From NCBI GenBank assembly GCA_963668555.2, contig CAXXIC010000001.1, positions 1,493,662 through 1,557,661 of the forward strand: a stretch of DNA of 64,000 nucleotides, given 5' to 3'. The DNA is from Bacteroidales bacterium (lineage in GTDB: Bacteria; Bacteroidota; Bacteroidia; Bacteroidales; UBA7332). Within the stretch, counting starts at the first letter, position 1, and the number at the start of each line of letters is the position of its first letter. The notes below the pieces were generated by a model, which was not told where the DNA came from, did no database searches, and saw only the letters and a program-made list of their open reading frames with translations. The position numbers were made by a program, and so were the translations under genes. Below are positions 10,322-20,779 of this stretch, one piece after another.

Positions 10322-10360
10322 AAAAGCGACTATCTGCCCTTGAGCTGATAGTCGCTTTTT
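10322..10360. terminator. Bidirectional terminator between katA and der
   Basis: AAAAGCGACTATC / GATAGTCGCTTTT inverted repeat with A and T tails. Confidence 0.85.
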
Positions 10361-10379
10361 CATATGTATAACATAACTG

Positions 10380-11693
10380 TTATTTTTCGCGAATGAAAAC
10401 ATTGATCGGAGTTCCAGTGAAGTTCCAGTGCGAACGGATCTTATTTTCAAGAAAACGTCGGTACGGATCTTTTACCCACTGCGGTAGGTTTGCAAAGAAT
10501 ACGAAACTTGGGATAGCTGTCTTAGGCAACTGGGTAACGTATTTGATTTTAATATATTTACCTTTATGAGCGGGAGGAGGAAAGTTGTCGATAATTGGGA
10601 GCAACACCTCATTCAGTTCGCTGGTTCTCACTCTGTTCCGGCGATTTTGATATACGTCAACAGCAGTTTCCAGCACTTTGAAAATACGTTGTTTGGTAGT
10701 AGCCGAAGTCAAAATGATCGGAAAGTCCACAAACGGAGCTAAACGTTCGCGAATAGCATTCTCAAACGTTTTAATGGCTTGTTGTGATTTATCTTCCACC
10801 AAGTCCCACTTGTTGATACAAACCACCAATCCTTTTTTGTTCTTCTGAATCAATGAGAAGATATTCATGTCCTGGCCTTCAATACCACGGGTTGCATCGA
10901 TCATCAGGATACATACATCCGCATTTTCAATAGCACGGATCGAGCGGATTACTGAATAATATTCCAGATCTTCGGTTACTTTTCCTTTTTTGCGGATACC
11001 GGCAGTATCCACCAGGTAGAAATCGAAACCGAATTTACTATATCGGGTGTAGATAGAGTCACGTGTAGTACCTGCAATATCGGTCACGATATTACGGTCT
11101 TCGTCCATAAAAGCATTTACGATAGATGATTTTCCGGCATTAGGACGACCTACAATCGCAAAACGAGGCAATTCTTCTTCCGGCTCATCCTCTGGTTTAG
11201 CAGTAAACTTAGAGATCAGCAAATCCAAAAAGTCACCGGATCCCAATCCGTTAATAGCAGAAAGAATAATCGGCTCACCTAATCCGAATGCATAGAACTC
11301 GGCAGCCTGATACTGCAGTTCGTGTGTATCTACCTTGTTGGCAACCAAAATCACAGGTTTATTCGAACGACGGAGGATACCGGCAACATGGTCATCCAGA
11401 TCGGTAATACCGTTGAGCACATCCACTACAAAAAGAATAACATCAGCCTCTTCGATGGCTATGGCAACCTGCTTGTTGATCTCTTCTTCGAAAACGTCCT
11501 CAGAGTTTACCACCCATCCACCGGTATCGATCACGGAGAATTCCTGTCCACCCCACTCAACCTTACCATACTGGCGGTCGCGTGTTGTACCGGCCTGTTC
11601 GTTTACGATAGCCCGACGGCTCTCAGTCAGACGATTAAACAAGGTCGATTTACCCACATTGGGGCGTCCTACGATTGCTGCTATATTTCCCAT
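10380..11693 (-). CDS. der: Ribosome biogenesis GTPase Der (EngA)
   Basis: Two tandem G domains ([18 protein letters not shown]) and a KH-like C-terminus. Confidence 0.98.
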   Translation of the reverse strand: MGNIAAIVGRPNVGKSTLFNRLTESRRAIVNEQAGTTRDRQYGKVEWGGQEFSVIDTGGWVVNSEDVFEEEINKQVAIAIEEADVILFVVDVLNGITDLDDHVAGILRRSNKPVILVANKVDTHELQYQAAEFYAFGLGEPIILSAINGLGSGDFLDLLISKFTAKPEDEPEEELPRFAIVGRPNAGKSSIVNAFMDEDRNIVTDIAGTTRDSIYTRYSKFGFDFYLVDTAGIRKKGKVTEDLEYYSVIRSIRAIENADVCILMIDATRGIEGQDMNIFSLIQKNKKGLVVCINKWDLVEDKSQQAIKTFENAIRERLAPFVDFPIILTSATTKQRIFKVLETAVDVYQNRRNRVRTSELNEVLLPIIDNFPPPAHKGKYIKIKYVTQLPKTAIPSFVFFANLPQWVKDPYRRFLENKIRSHWNFTGTPINVFIREK

Positions 11694-11863
11694 TTACTAC
11701 AAATTATCAGTTTTTCAATTGTTTATCACGGAATAATATATCAAAATAAAAAGCAATACCTGTTACTCCGTGAATTTTCAGCCTGCAAAGATACGATTTT
11801 TGTTCGGATAAATAATACTATATCAAAACCTTACGCTTTCTTAAGAACAACAGAGCAAAAAAA

Positions 11864-11889
11864 GAGCCTGATTTCCAAAAATCAGGCTC
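11864..11889 (-). terminator. Terminator after mntH
   Basis: GAGCCTGATTT-CCAA-AAATCAGGCTC with an adjacent A7 run (T7 on minus). Confidence 0.8.
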
Positions 11890-11901
11890 CTATATTAATT
11901 T

Positions 11902-13164
11902 TTAACCAAAAAGAGTCAGCAACAATCTCACATTCAGATAGGTAACAATAGCGCCAATGGTCAGCAAGACGCATTTCAGATAAGTCCCGTTGGCATACTG
12001 CCCCATCACCTTTTTGGATGAAGTCAGGTAAATCTGCAAGAAGATGGTGAATGGCAACTGAACACTTAAAGCCATTTGTGAGTAGATCAGTCCTTGAAAC
12101 GGATTCGCGATGAAGAATATAATAATCAGGGCCAAAAACAGCGAAATGTATACGCCCAGACGGCTGTGATTGTCTTTCAGGTCAATAGGCTCGCCGAAGA
12201 ATCCCGCGAAAATTGAGCCACCGGCCATGGCCGAAGTGATTGTCGAAGAGATACCCGAAAGCAAAAGAGCGATAGCAAAAATAAATGCCGAGGCTTTACC
12301 CAACAACGGAATCAACATATCGCGGGCCTGCTGCAATTCAGAAACCTGAACATGATTCTTGAAGAAGACAGCCGCAGCCATAATAATCATCGCACTATTG
12401 ATCGCCCAACCGACTATCATCGAAAAAAGAGTATCGTAGAATTCGTATTTCAGTTGTTTACGAATGACGACATCGTTTTCCAGATTCCATTGACGGCTTT
12501 GGATAATTTCAGAGTGGAGAAAAAGATTGTGTGGCATCACCACTGCGCCCAGCACACTCATCACCACAACCATTGATCCTTCGGGAATACAGGGTGTTAC
12601 CCAACCGATAGCAGCTTCTTTCCAACTGATGTCTGCAATGACCAGCTCGTATATGAATGAAATTCCAATCAAAGAAACAAATCCCACAATCCACTTCTCC
12701 AGCTTACGATAAGAGTTGGAAAAGACGATAAAAAGAATAAGTGCCACCATCATTGCCGATCCCACTTTTACAGGGATATGAAAAAGCATTTGCAGTGCAA
12801 TGGCTCCGCCAAGAATCTCTGCAAGGGAAGTTGAAACCGAAGCCAGCATAGCCGTGCTAATGATAGGACGGGAGATAGCAGGTCGCAGATGTTTATTGGC
12901 CGCTTCACTCAGGCAAAGCCCGGAAGCAATACCAAGGTGAGCCACATTGTGCTGCAGCACGATCAGCATAATGGTCGACAACGAGACCATCCACAACAGG
13001 GTATATCCAAAATCAGAACCGGCAGCCAGGTTTGAAGCCCAGTTGCCGGGATCGATAAATCCGACCGTTACCAAAAGGCCGGGTCCGATATATTTCAGTA
13101 GTTCAAGACCTCCCAAAACGGGCTTGTGGTCTTTTCGCATTAAGTCTTTAAAAAATCCAAACAT
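11902..13164 (-). CDS. mntH: Nramp-family divalent metal (Mn) transporter
   Basis: GFIDPGNW (TM1) and VMPHNLFLHS (TM6) signature motifs. Confidence 0.93.
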   Translation of the reverse strand: MFGFFKDLMRKDHKPVLGGLELLKYIGPGLLVTVGFIDPGNWASNLAAGSDFGYTLLWMVSLSTIMLIVLQHNVAHLGIASGLCLSEAANKHLRPAISRPIISTAMLASVSTSLAEILGGAIALQMLFHIPVKVGSAMMVALILFIVFSNSYRKLEKWIVGFVSLIGISFIYELVIADISWKEAAIGWVTPCIPEGSMVVVMSVLGAVVMPHNLFLHSEIIQSRQWNLENDVVIRKQLKYEFYDTLFSMIVGWAINSAMIIMAAAVFFKNHVQVSELQQARDMLIPLLGKASAFIFAIALLLSGISSTITSAMAGGSIFAGFFGEPIDLKDNHSRLGVYISLFLALIIIFFIANPFQGLIYSQMALSVQLPFTIFLQIYLTSSKKVMGQYANGTYLKCVLLTIGAIVTYLNVRLLLTLFG

Positions 13165-13337
13165 TCAATTTATCAGTTTTACGTTATCGGTTTATATTAT
13201 GACACTTCTCCTTTTCAACTCTTAATTCGCATTATTTACCCTAACTAACAACAAAATCAACCGATTTGTTGAATAACCAGATCTATTGCAACCTGATTTA
13301 TTGAGAATCTACGACAGAAGTCGCATGTATAAAAAAC

Positions 13338-13386
13338 AAAGAACCGCAAAGAATCAATTGATAATTGAGTTTCTTTGCGGTTCTTT
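13338..13386 (-). terminator. Long hairpin terminator after era
   Basis: 16-bp arms AAAGAACCGCAAAGAA / TTCTTTGCGGTTCTTT with inner TCAATT/AATTGA. Confidence 0.8.
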
Positions 13387-13403
13387 ATATTTATGATATG
13401 ATT

Positions 13404-14285
13404 CTATTTCAGATCGTACCCGAAGTTACGTAGCGCACGGTCTTTGTTACGCCAGTCTTTTTCAACTTTGACATACATTTCGAGGTAAACTTTCTTACCA
13501 AAGAATGTTTCTATGTCTTTGCGGGCTTCCATGCCGACGCCTTTCAATGATTTTCCCCCTTTGCCGATGATAATACCTTTCTGGCTGTCGCGCTCGACAT
13601 TGATGACTGCATTGATTCTTATGAGATTCTCTTCCTCTTTGAATTGCTCCACGACCACCTCTACAGCATAAGGAATCTCTTCCTTGTAGTACAGAAGGAT
13701 CTTTTCCCGGATAATTTCGGTGACAAAGAATCTTGCCGGCTTATCGGTCATTGCATCTTTATCGAAGAAGGGAGGTGATTCGGGCAGCAGTTCCTGAATG
13801 CGTTTCAGCAGATACGCCGTATTGAATTTCTCTTTAGCTGAAATGGGGATAATCTCAGCTTTGGGGAATAGAGCTTTCAATTGCTCCACTAATTGCTCCA
13901 GCTTTTCCTGCGTAGTCAGGTCGATCTTGTTAATCAACAGAATAACAGGTGCTTCTACTCCGTTGACTTTCTTAAGAAAGGCTTCGTTTTTAGTCACCTT
14001 CTCCACCACATCGGTCACATAGAGCAGCACATCGGCATCTACCAAAGCTGACTGCGAGAAATTAAGCATCGATTCCTGAAGCTTATAATTCGGTTCCAAA
14101 ACACCGGGGGTGTCAGAATAGACGATTTGCATATCTTCGGTATTCACAATCCCCATGATACGATGGCGCGTGGTCTGCGCTTTCGATGTGATAATCGAAA
14201 TACGCTCACCCACTAAGGCGTTCATCAGGGTTGATTTTCCGACATTCGGATTTCCTACAATATTTACAAAACCGGCTTTATGCAT
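13404..14285 (-). CDS. era: GTPase Era
   Basis: GNPNVGKST, KAQTTR, DTPG and NKID motifs; KH domain with IIIGKGG. Confidence 0.98.
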   Translation of the reverse strand: MHKAGFVNIVGNPNVGKSTLMNALVGERISIITSKAQTTRHRIMGIVNTEDMQIVYSDTPGVLEPNYKLQESMLNFSQSALVDADVLLYVTDVVEKVTKNEAFLKKVNGVEAPVILLINKIDLTTQEKLEQLVEQLKALFPKAEIIPISAKEKFNTAYLLKRIQELLPESPPFFDKDAMTDKPARFFVTEIIREKILLYYKEEIPYAVEVVVEQFKEEENLIRINAVINVERDSQKGIIIGKGGKSLKGVGMEARKDIETFFGKKVYLEMYVKVEKDWRNKDRALRNFGYDLK

Positions 14286-14415
14286 ATGATTTCTTTTTAC
14301 GATATATTGAAAAACTTAATAACGTTCCTATTTGTGTAAATGTTCAAACATCACTCATAAGAACAAAAAACGCACCCGGTTAAAGATGCGTTTTGTTGTG
14401 TTATGTCGATTCGGT

Positions 14416-15414
14416 TTATTTGCCGTCGTATCCCCATTTCAGGTAAACCGCACCCCAGGTAAACCCGGCTCCGAAAGCAGACAAAATAATGTTGTCTCCT
14501 TTTTTCAATTGCGGTTCCCATTCTGCCAGACATACCGGTAAGGTAGCGGCACTGGTGTTACCATATTTGTGAATATTGATCATCACTTTATCTTTAGAGA
14601 GACCCATGCGTTTTGCAGCGGCATCGATGATTCGCAGATTCGCCTGGTGAGGTACAAACCATGCAATATCGTCGTGTGTCAGGTTGTTTTTCTCCATGAT
14701 TTCAGCAGAAACATCCGACATGCAAGATACAGCATATTTGAATACAACCTGACCTTCCTGATAAACAGTGTGCAGATTTTGATCAACAGTCTCATGATCG
14801 GCAGGACGAACAGAACCTCCCGCTTTCATCTGAAGATTGGGATAACCCACACCATCGGTACGTAGGATTGCATCCATAATACCCAGTTTTTCTTCAGTTG
14901 GTTCGATCAATACAGCACCCGAAGCATCTCCGAAGAGCGGACAGGTAGTACGATCGGTATAATTAGTGATGGATGACATTTTTTCGGCAGCCACCACAAT
15001 AACTTTCTTATATTTTCCTGATTTGATATATGAAGAAGCGGTCTCCAAAGCAAAAATAAAGCCTGAACAAGCAGCTGATAAATCAAATGCGAAAGCATTT
15101 TTAATGCCGTTTTTTTCGGCAATGATCGATGCAGTAGAAGGGAAAATATGATCGGGAGTAGATGTTGAGCAGATAACCAGCTCAATTTCTTCGGGTTTTG
15201 TTGAAGTCTTTTCGAGCAACGATTTTACGGCGCGTGCTCCCATATATGAAGATCCTGCACCCTCTTCTTTCAAGATTCTGCGCTCTTTAATACCGATGCG
15301 GGTCATAATCCATTCATCGGTAGTATCTACTATTTTAGAGAGCTCCTCGTTGTCGAGCACATAATCGGGGACGTATGAAGCTACGCCCGTAATCATAGCA
15401 TTAAGTTCTTTCAT
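14416..15414 (-). CDS. fabH: 3-oxoacyl-ACP synthase III
   Basis: AACSGF (Cys), VPHQAN (His) and YGNTS (Asn) catalytic triad; start MKELNAMI chosen. Confidence 0.95.
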   Translation of the reverse strand: MKELNAMITGVASYVPDYVLDNEELSKIVDTTDEWIMTRIGIKERRILKEEGAGSSYMGARAVKSLLEKTSTKPEEIELVICSTSTPDHIFPSTASIIAEKNGIKNAFAFDLSAACSGFIFALETASSYIKSGKYKKVIVVAAEKMSSITNYTDRTTCPLFGDASGAVLIEPTEEKLGIMDAILRTDGVGYPNLQMKAGGSVRPADHETVDQNLHTVYQEGQVVFKYAVSCMSDVSAEIMEKNNLTHDDIAWFVPHQANLRIIDAAAKRMGLSKDKVMINIHKYGNTSAATLPVCLAEWEPQLKKGDNIILSAFGAGFTWGAVYLKWGYDGK

Positions 15415-15512
15415 ATCTATAGATTGTAGCAAAAAAAAGCATAAAAAAAATGCCCTAAAATAGTCTTTTTTAGGGCTATTGTTCTTTTAGCGGAACATTC
15501 TTTATTTACTGA

Positions 15513-15698
15513 TTATACAGCAGCTTCTTTTTCGATAGCTAATTTTCCTCTGTAATAACCACATTCTCCACATACAGTGTGGTAAAGATGCCATGCACCA
15601 CAGTTAGGACATACTGCCATTGTAGGGACGATAGCCTTGTCGTGAGTTCTTCTTTTCGCTGTTCTAGTTTTCGATTGTTTTCTCTTAGGATGTGCCAT
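15513..15698 (-). CDS. rpmF: 50S ribosomal protein L32
   Basis: MAHPKRKQSKTRTAKRR with CxxC...CxxC. Confidence 0.97.
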   Translation of the reverse strand: MAHPKRKQSKTRTAKRRTHDKAIVPTMAVCPNCGAWHLYHTVCGECGYYRGKLAIEKEAAV

Positions 15699-15712
15699 TT
15701 TAGTATAACGTT

Positions 15713-16288
15713 TTAATTATTATCTGTAAATTTCTTTAGTTCGTCCCAACGCGGATCTGTCTCTACGATATTATCGTCAGGGACATCTTCTCCTCCGTCA
15801 AATTCGATGCCAGCCCCTTCTTCATCCTCATCACTTTTGGCAATGTGCTTTCTGAGTTTGGAAGAGACCGTTTTGTTGCATTTTCCGGGGGCGTGTACAT
15901 GTTTCATCGGTATACTTAACGCAATAAATTCGTAAATAAACCATGCTACATTGATTTCACCCTCTTCTTCTGGAATTACGATCACATTGTCGCTCTCCTC
16001 TGTATACTCTTTGCCTAATTTGACAAACAGCTTTTCTTCGGTTTCGACGGGAACCTCCACGTCATCGAGACAACGGTCGCAAGGAACCTGCACCACACCA
16101 TTAATCGCAAATGTGAATTCATAGGTATAAGCCGAATTCTTCACAGTCAACAGAACATTGAGCTTGCCTTTTTGCACCTCAGTACCGTCGATCTTTTTGA
16201 AAAAGTCGTTATCCAATTGATATTCAAATGTACGAACATCAGCTAAATTACCCTTTAGCGATATGTTATATGCATTAAATTTTCCCAA
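15713..16288 (-). CDS. DUF177 (YceD) domain protein
   Basis: CDRCL and DPRW motifs; conserved position upstream of rpmF. Confidence 0.92.
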   Translation of the reverse strand: MGKFNAYNISLKGNLADVRTFEYQLDNDFFKKIDGTEVQKGKLNVLLTVKNSAYTYEFTFAINGVVQVPCDRCLDDVEVPVETEEKLFVKLGKEYTEESDNVIVIPEEEGEINVAWFIYEFIALSIPMKHVHAPGKCNKTVSSKLRKHIAKSDEDEEGAGIEFDGGEDVPDDNIVETDPRWDELKKFTDNN

Positions 16289-16370
16289 AGCTTCTACGTA
16301 TAAAACTGCGCAAAAGTACGAAAAAAAACTGATTCACAATACACTTAGCTTCTTTTTTGGATTAATTATC

Positions 16371-17528
16371 TCAGATTTCCGATTTTAACTCAATGCGAAA
16401 AACTGTTCCGCGATTGACTTCAGACGATTTTACATAGATTTTCCCTTCGTGATATTCTTCCACAATCCGCTTTACCAGAGTCAAACCCAATCCCCAGCCA
16501 CGTGCTTTGGTTGTGTATCCCGGGCGAAAAATGGTTTTAAATTTCGACTTGGGGATCCCTTTTCCAGAATCGGCAATATCGATAACAACCAGGCCACTTG
16601 CCTCCTGTTTTAACGTAATGGCGATATGACCAACTCCATCCATTGCATCGATTGCGTTTTTACACAGATTCTCTACCACCCACTCAAAAAGCGGCACACA
16701 CAATCGCACCAAGACGGGTTCTTGCGGCAAAAACGTTTCAATTTTCACTTTAGCCGAGGTACGTTTAGCTATGTAGTTTGTTGCATTCTGGAGAGTTGGC
16801 ACAATATCGATAGGTACGATTTCTGGCTTAGATCCGATTTTAGAGAACCGCTCGGCAATGATCCTCAAGCGATTGACATCCTTACTCATATCCTGAAGCA
16901 AACCGGCATCCACATTTTTCATTTTCAACAACTCGGTCCATGCCATAAGGGAAGATATAGGTGTCCCCAGTTGGTGAGCCGTCTCTTTGGAAAGCCCCAC
17001 CCAGAGCTGATTCTGTTCGGCTCTCTTTGCACTACGCACGGCAAAATAGGCTACAAGGAGGAAAACCGACATCACCAGCAGTTGCACAAAAGGATAATAA
17101 GAAAGCTTTTTCAACAATATGGAATCATCGTAATAAAGGTATTGATTGTTCGATTCGCTTAAATGAATGATAATCTTATTATCCTTTTCTTTCAGCCGCT
17201 GAACCTCTTTTTTCAGAAAAGCAGCCGAATCACGCGACGGAACAGATATATTCTTGAATGTCAATACATGATCATGCTCATCAACCAACAGAACAGGAAT
17301 CGTCCGGTTACTCTGTAAAACCTTTAATATCAAGGGTATCTCCCCTTCACCGGACTCACTGGAAAGGATACGCATGGCTTCTGCCCAGATTTCTACCTTG
17401 TTCCGTTCTTCTGCAGAAAGCTCTTCGACCAGAATGCGGGAAAAGTAAAGAAATGAACTGACCAGCATTACAGAGATAACAATGATGATCAGTGTGCTTT
17501 TTTGGCGTTTATCGTATATGGATCCCAT
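16371..17528 (-). CDS. Orphan membrane sensor histidine kinase
   Basis: Two TM segments; H-box ETAHQLGTPIS, N-box ENLCKNAIDA, DSGKG and GWGLGL motifs. Confidence 0.92.
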   Translation of the reverse strand: MGSIYDKRQKSTLIIIVISVMLVSSFLYFSRILVEELSAEERNKVEIWAEAMRILSSESGEGEIPLILKVLQSNRTIPVLLVDEHDHVLTFKNISVPSRDSAAFLKKEVQRLKEKDNKIIIHLSESNNQYLYYDDSILLKKLSYYPFVQLLVMSVFLLVAYFAVRSAKRAEQNQLWVGLSKETAHQLGTPISSLMAWTELLKMKNVDAGLLQDMSKDVNRLRIIAERFSKIGSKPEIVPIDIVPTLQNATNYIAKRTSAKVKIETFLPQEPVLVRLCVPLFEWVVENLCKNAIDAMDGVGHIAITLKQEASGLVVIDIADSGKGIPKSKFKTIFRPGYTTKARGWGLGLTLVKRIVEEYHEGKIYVKSSEVNRGTVFRIELKSEI

Positions 17529-17655
17529 AATTCTTTTATATGTTGAAACGAAGGTTTTGCATGAAATAGTATATTATCGAACCACCCGGATATAAAAATA
17601 GTGAACCAACTGGATTGATCCACTATTCTGTATGCATACTTTATTTTGCGTCAAA

Positions 17656-18777
17656 TCAGAGGCAACGGGCAAAACGTTCGAGGAACAGATCAACTTGCTC
17701 TTTAGTCAGACAAAGAGGTGGCAACAGACGGATAACGTTTGTGCCGGATACTCCGGTGAAGACTTTTTGCTCAAACAATAGTCTGGATCGGATCTCTTTC
17801 ACCGGTTGTTCAAATTCGAGACCGATCATCAGACCCTGTCCGCGAACTTCTTTAATTTGCGGAAATTTCTGCAGTTCCGCTATCAGATAATCGCCAACTT
17901 CGGCTGCGTTATCGATCAGCTTCTCTTCTTCCATAATATCAAGTACGGCAATAGCAGCAGCGCACGCCAGGTGATTTCCCCCGAAAGTTGTACCCAACTG
18001 ACCATGAATGGGGGTAAACATCGGACTGATCAGCACTCCGCCGATAGGAAATCCGTTACCCATTCCTTTTGCCACAGTAATGATATCGGGCTTAATTCCT
18101 GAATGTTGATATGCAAAGAATTTACCGCTACGACCATAACCGGATTGGATTTCATCCAGGATCAACACCGTTCCGGTTTGTGTACACAGCTCACGAAGTT
18201 GTTGCAGGAATTCCACCTCAGGAACTTTAATTCCGCCGATTCCCTGAATACCTTCGATAATCAGTGCGCAAACATCGCCTTTTTCAAGTTCTGCCTTTAC
18301 CGCTGCCAGATCATTCCACGGCACAAAAGTTACAGGTATATTATCGTTGATAGGAGCAACAATTTTCGGATTATCAGTAACCTTTACAGCTGCAGAGGTA
18401 CGTCCGTGAAAGCTTTTCTGAAAAGAAACCACGCGGGTACGTCCGGTGTGGAACGACGCCAGCTTCAATGCATTCTCATTTGCTTCAGCTCCCGAATTAA
18501 TCAGGAAGAGGCTGTATTCTTCACAACCGGAAAGCTTTCCGAGCTTTTCGGCCAACTCCACCTGTAAAGGATTTTGCACGGAATTTGAGTAAAAACCAAG
18601 TTTTGCAGCCTGATCAGCCAGGGCTTTGACATACTTCGGGTGAGTGTGGCCAACACAGATCACGGCATGTCCACCGTAAAGATCCAGATATTCTGTACCT
18701 TCGTTATCGTAAACTTTGCATCCGCTTCCTTTTTCAATCGTAATGTTGAACAACGGATATACGTCGAATAGTTTCAT
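17656..18777 (-). CDS. argD: Acetylornithine aminotransferase (class III PLP)
   Basis: SGAEANE, SFHGR, DEIQSG and AKGMGNG motifs; located in the arg operon. Confidence 0.93.
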   Translation of the reverse strand: MKLFDVYPLFNITIEKGSGCKVYDNEGTEYLDLYGGHAVICVGHTHPKYVKALADQAAKLGFYSNSVQNPLQVELAEKLGKLSGCEEYSLFLINSGAEANENALKLASFHTGRTRVVSFQKSFHGRTSAAVKVTDNPKIVAPINDNIPVTFVPWNDLAAVKAELEKGDVCALIIEGIQGIGGIKVPEVEFLQQLRELCTQTGTVLILDEIQSGYGRSGKFFAYQHSGIKPDIITVAKGMGNGFPIGGVLISPMFTPIHGQLGTTFGGNHLACAAAIAVLDIMEEEKLIDNAAEVGDYLIAELQKFPQIKEVRGQGLMIGLEFEQPVKEIRSRLLFEQKVFTGVSGTNVIRLLPPLCLTKEQVDLFLERFARCL

Positions 18778-18782
18778 TTTTA

Positions 18783-18817
18783 TTAGGTTTTAGGTTGTAA
18801 GTTTTAGGTTATACGTT
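18783..18817. repeat. Heptamer tandem repeat (TTAGGTT-type, 5 units)
   Basis: TTAGGTT TTAGGTT GTAAGTT TTAGGTT ATACGTT. Confidence 0.8.
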
Positions 18818-18849
18818 TAGTAAGACAACCTTAAATCCAACCCTGGTTT

Positions 18850-19218
18850 TTATTTTTTAGATCGCACTTTTGAAATTAACGAGATAAGCATTGCCTTAAC
18901 ACTTTCAATCTCTTTTTCTAATCCTAAATACTCTTCTTCTGAAATATATTGAAGATCCTTAGACAATAATATCCAATATGAAGTTTCGTTAGCCGAACCC
19001 AATGCAAAATTTAGAAAATTAGCAAGATCGGGAGAAGAATTTCGACCACATCCTTCTGCTATATTTGAAGGAATGGACGCAACAGATCTTCGAAGTTGTG
19101 ACGTTATCCCAAACATCTCTTCTTTTGGAAATCCCGACGTTAACCGATAGATCACTAGTACGAGCTTATGTGCTTTCTCCCAAACGGCCAGTTTCTTAAA
19201 GTCTTGCATAACTATCAT
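18850..19218 (-). CDS. Four-helix-bundle protein (23S rRNA IVP/Avd-like family)
   Basis: FPKEE.FG.TSQLRR...SIPSNIAEG.GR and ALGSANE motifs; real start may be the Met of MQDFKK. Confidence 0.93.
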   Translation of the reverse strand: MIVMQDFKKLAVWEKAHKLVLVIYRLTSGFPKEEMFGITSQLRRSVASIPSNIAEGCGRNSSPDLANFLNFALGSANETSYWILLSKDLQYISEEEYLGLEKEIESVKAMLISLISKVRSKK

Positions 19219-19263
19219 TTAAGTTTAATATTTACAGAATAACCAAATCCAGCTATTCCGAAA

Positions 19264-19298
19264 AACTTAAAACCTAAAACTTAACACCTACAACTTCC
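19264..19298. repeat. Heptamer tandem repeat (AACCTAA-type, 5 units), inverted relative to 18783-18817
   Basis: AACTTAA AACCTAA AACTTAA CACCTAC AACTTCC. Confidence 0.75.
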
Positions 19299-20272
19299 TA
19301 GAACGCCGACGGTTTTAAGTGCAGCCCCGCTTTCTCATCAAGTCCGAACATCAGGTTCATGTTGTGAACGGCTTGTCCCGATGCGCCTTTCAGCAGGTTA
19401 TCGATGATCGAGGTAATCAGAATTTTGTTACCATATTTCTCTACCTGAACGATCCCTTTGTTAGTGTTCACTACCTGTTTCAGGTCAATGGTTTTAGCCG
19501 AAACAAAAGTAAACGCCTGATCAGCATAGAACTCTTCATACAGACGAATGACATCTGCTACTTCCAATTCACAATCCAGATAAATAGAAGCAAAGATTCC
19601 ACGTGGGAAATCACCACGAACGGGAATGAAATTAATTACCCCCTCATAACCCTGCTGTAACTGCGCCAACGATTGTTTGATCTCAGGCAAATGCTGGTGT
19701 TTGAACGGTTTATAGATCGAGATATTATTGTTTCTCCAACTGAAGTGGCTGGTAGCGCCGGGTTTAACGCCTGCTCCGGTTGATCCGGTGATCGCATTCA
19801 CATGCACTTCGTCCTTGATCAAACCGTTTTTAGCCAACGGAAGCAACGCCAACTGGATGCAAGTAGCAAAACAGCCCGGGTTAGCCACATATTGGCTGGT
19901 TCTGATCTCTTCACGATTCAATTCGGGTAAGCCGTAGATAAACTTGTTTCCTTCAGCTTTCAAACGGAAGTCATTTGCCAGGTCAATGATTTTCAACGCT
20001 GTGGGCAACTTAGCGCTATATGTTTCCATAAATTTCTGGCTATCGCCATGGCCCATACACAGGTAGAGCAAATCAATATCCGAAAACGGCATCTTGTCGG
20101 TGAATACCAGATCGGTTTCACCAAACAGACCGGCATGCACATCGGTGATTTTGTTACCGGCGTTACTGCTGCTGTTAACAAATACGATTTCCACTTCGGG
20201 GTGATTGATTAACAATCGGAGCAGCTCACCGGCTGTGTAACCGGCGCCGCCTATGATTCCTACTTTAATCAT
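19298..20272 (-). CDS. argC: N-acetyl-gamma-glutamyl-phosphate reductase
   Basis: GGAGYTAGE, VANPGCFAT and DNLLKGASGQAV motifs. Confidence 0.97.
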   Translation of the reverse strand: MIKVGIIGGAGYTAGELLRLLINHPEVEIVFVNSSSNAGNKITDVHAGLFGETDLVFTDKMPFSDIDLLYLCMGHGDSQKFMETYSAKLPTALKIIDLANDFRLKAEGNKFIYGLPELNREEIRTSQYVANPGCFATCIQLALLPLAKNGLIKDEVHVNAITGSTGAGVKPGATSHFSWRNNNISIYKPFKHQHLPEIKQSLAQLQQGYEGVINFIPVRGDFPRGIFASIYLDCELEVADVIRLYEEFYADQAFTFVSAKTIDLKQVVNTNKGIVQVEKYGNKILITSIIDNLLKGASGQAVHNMNLMFGLDEKAGLHLKPSAF

Positions 20273-20366
20273 TGCAAGTTTTTTTGAAAAGTTATGAGGG
20301 TTGAAATAGAGGGTTACGGGTTTTTCCTCTGTCCATTTTCAGTTTGCCAATACATGCACTAAGCGG

Positions 20367-20714
20367 CTATTTACGGGCATTCCACAAGTGCAAAACGGCC
20401 AAAATCGGATGATAATACAACATCCTTGGGCCGGCAAACCGCATAATCTCGCGAACTTTCTTCGCGGCATCGGGCTTATAGCAATGGATGGTGCAATTTT
20501 TGCAGGTGGGCTTTTTTTCTTTAAACGGGCAGTTCTGTAAACGTTGTTCAGCATAACGAAGCAAGGTCTCACATTCTTCACACAAACACACTTTTTGCTT
20601 GTGCGTCAGACGGCAATAGATTTTCACCATGTAAGCCAGGGTTTCTTGTTCGCGCCGAAACCGGTTTTCATTCATCCTCATTCTGTTTTGGTTATCACTT
20701 ATACTAACAGCCAA
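20367..20714 (-). CDS. YgbA-like (nitrous oxide-stimulated promoter family) Cys-rich protein
   Basis: YC...H....C.EC..LL.YA..RL..CP....KPTC..C.IHCY.P and MRFAGPRML.YHP motifs; start uncertain. Confidence 0.85.
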   Translation of the reverse strand: MAVSISDNQNRMRMNENRFRREQETLAYMVKIYCRLTHKQKVCLCEECETLLRYAEQRLQNCPFKEKKPTCKNCTIHCYKPDAAKKVREIMRFAGPRMLYYHPILAVLHLWNARK

Positions 20715-20779
20715 AAGCTTCGGGCGATTGACCCTTAGCTTTTGGCTTTAGTATTTTATCTATCTTGTTGATCTGACAA

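Noticed and set aside
11322-11945. 207-aa plus-strand ORF
   Set aside because: Antisense shadow of der with no motif.
18850-19218. Diversity-generating retroelement (Avd-like gene)
   Set aside because: No reverse transcriptase and no TR/VR repeat pair with A-specific mismatches seen in the window.
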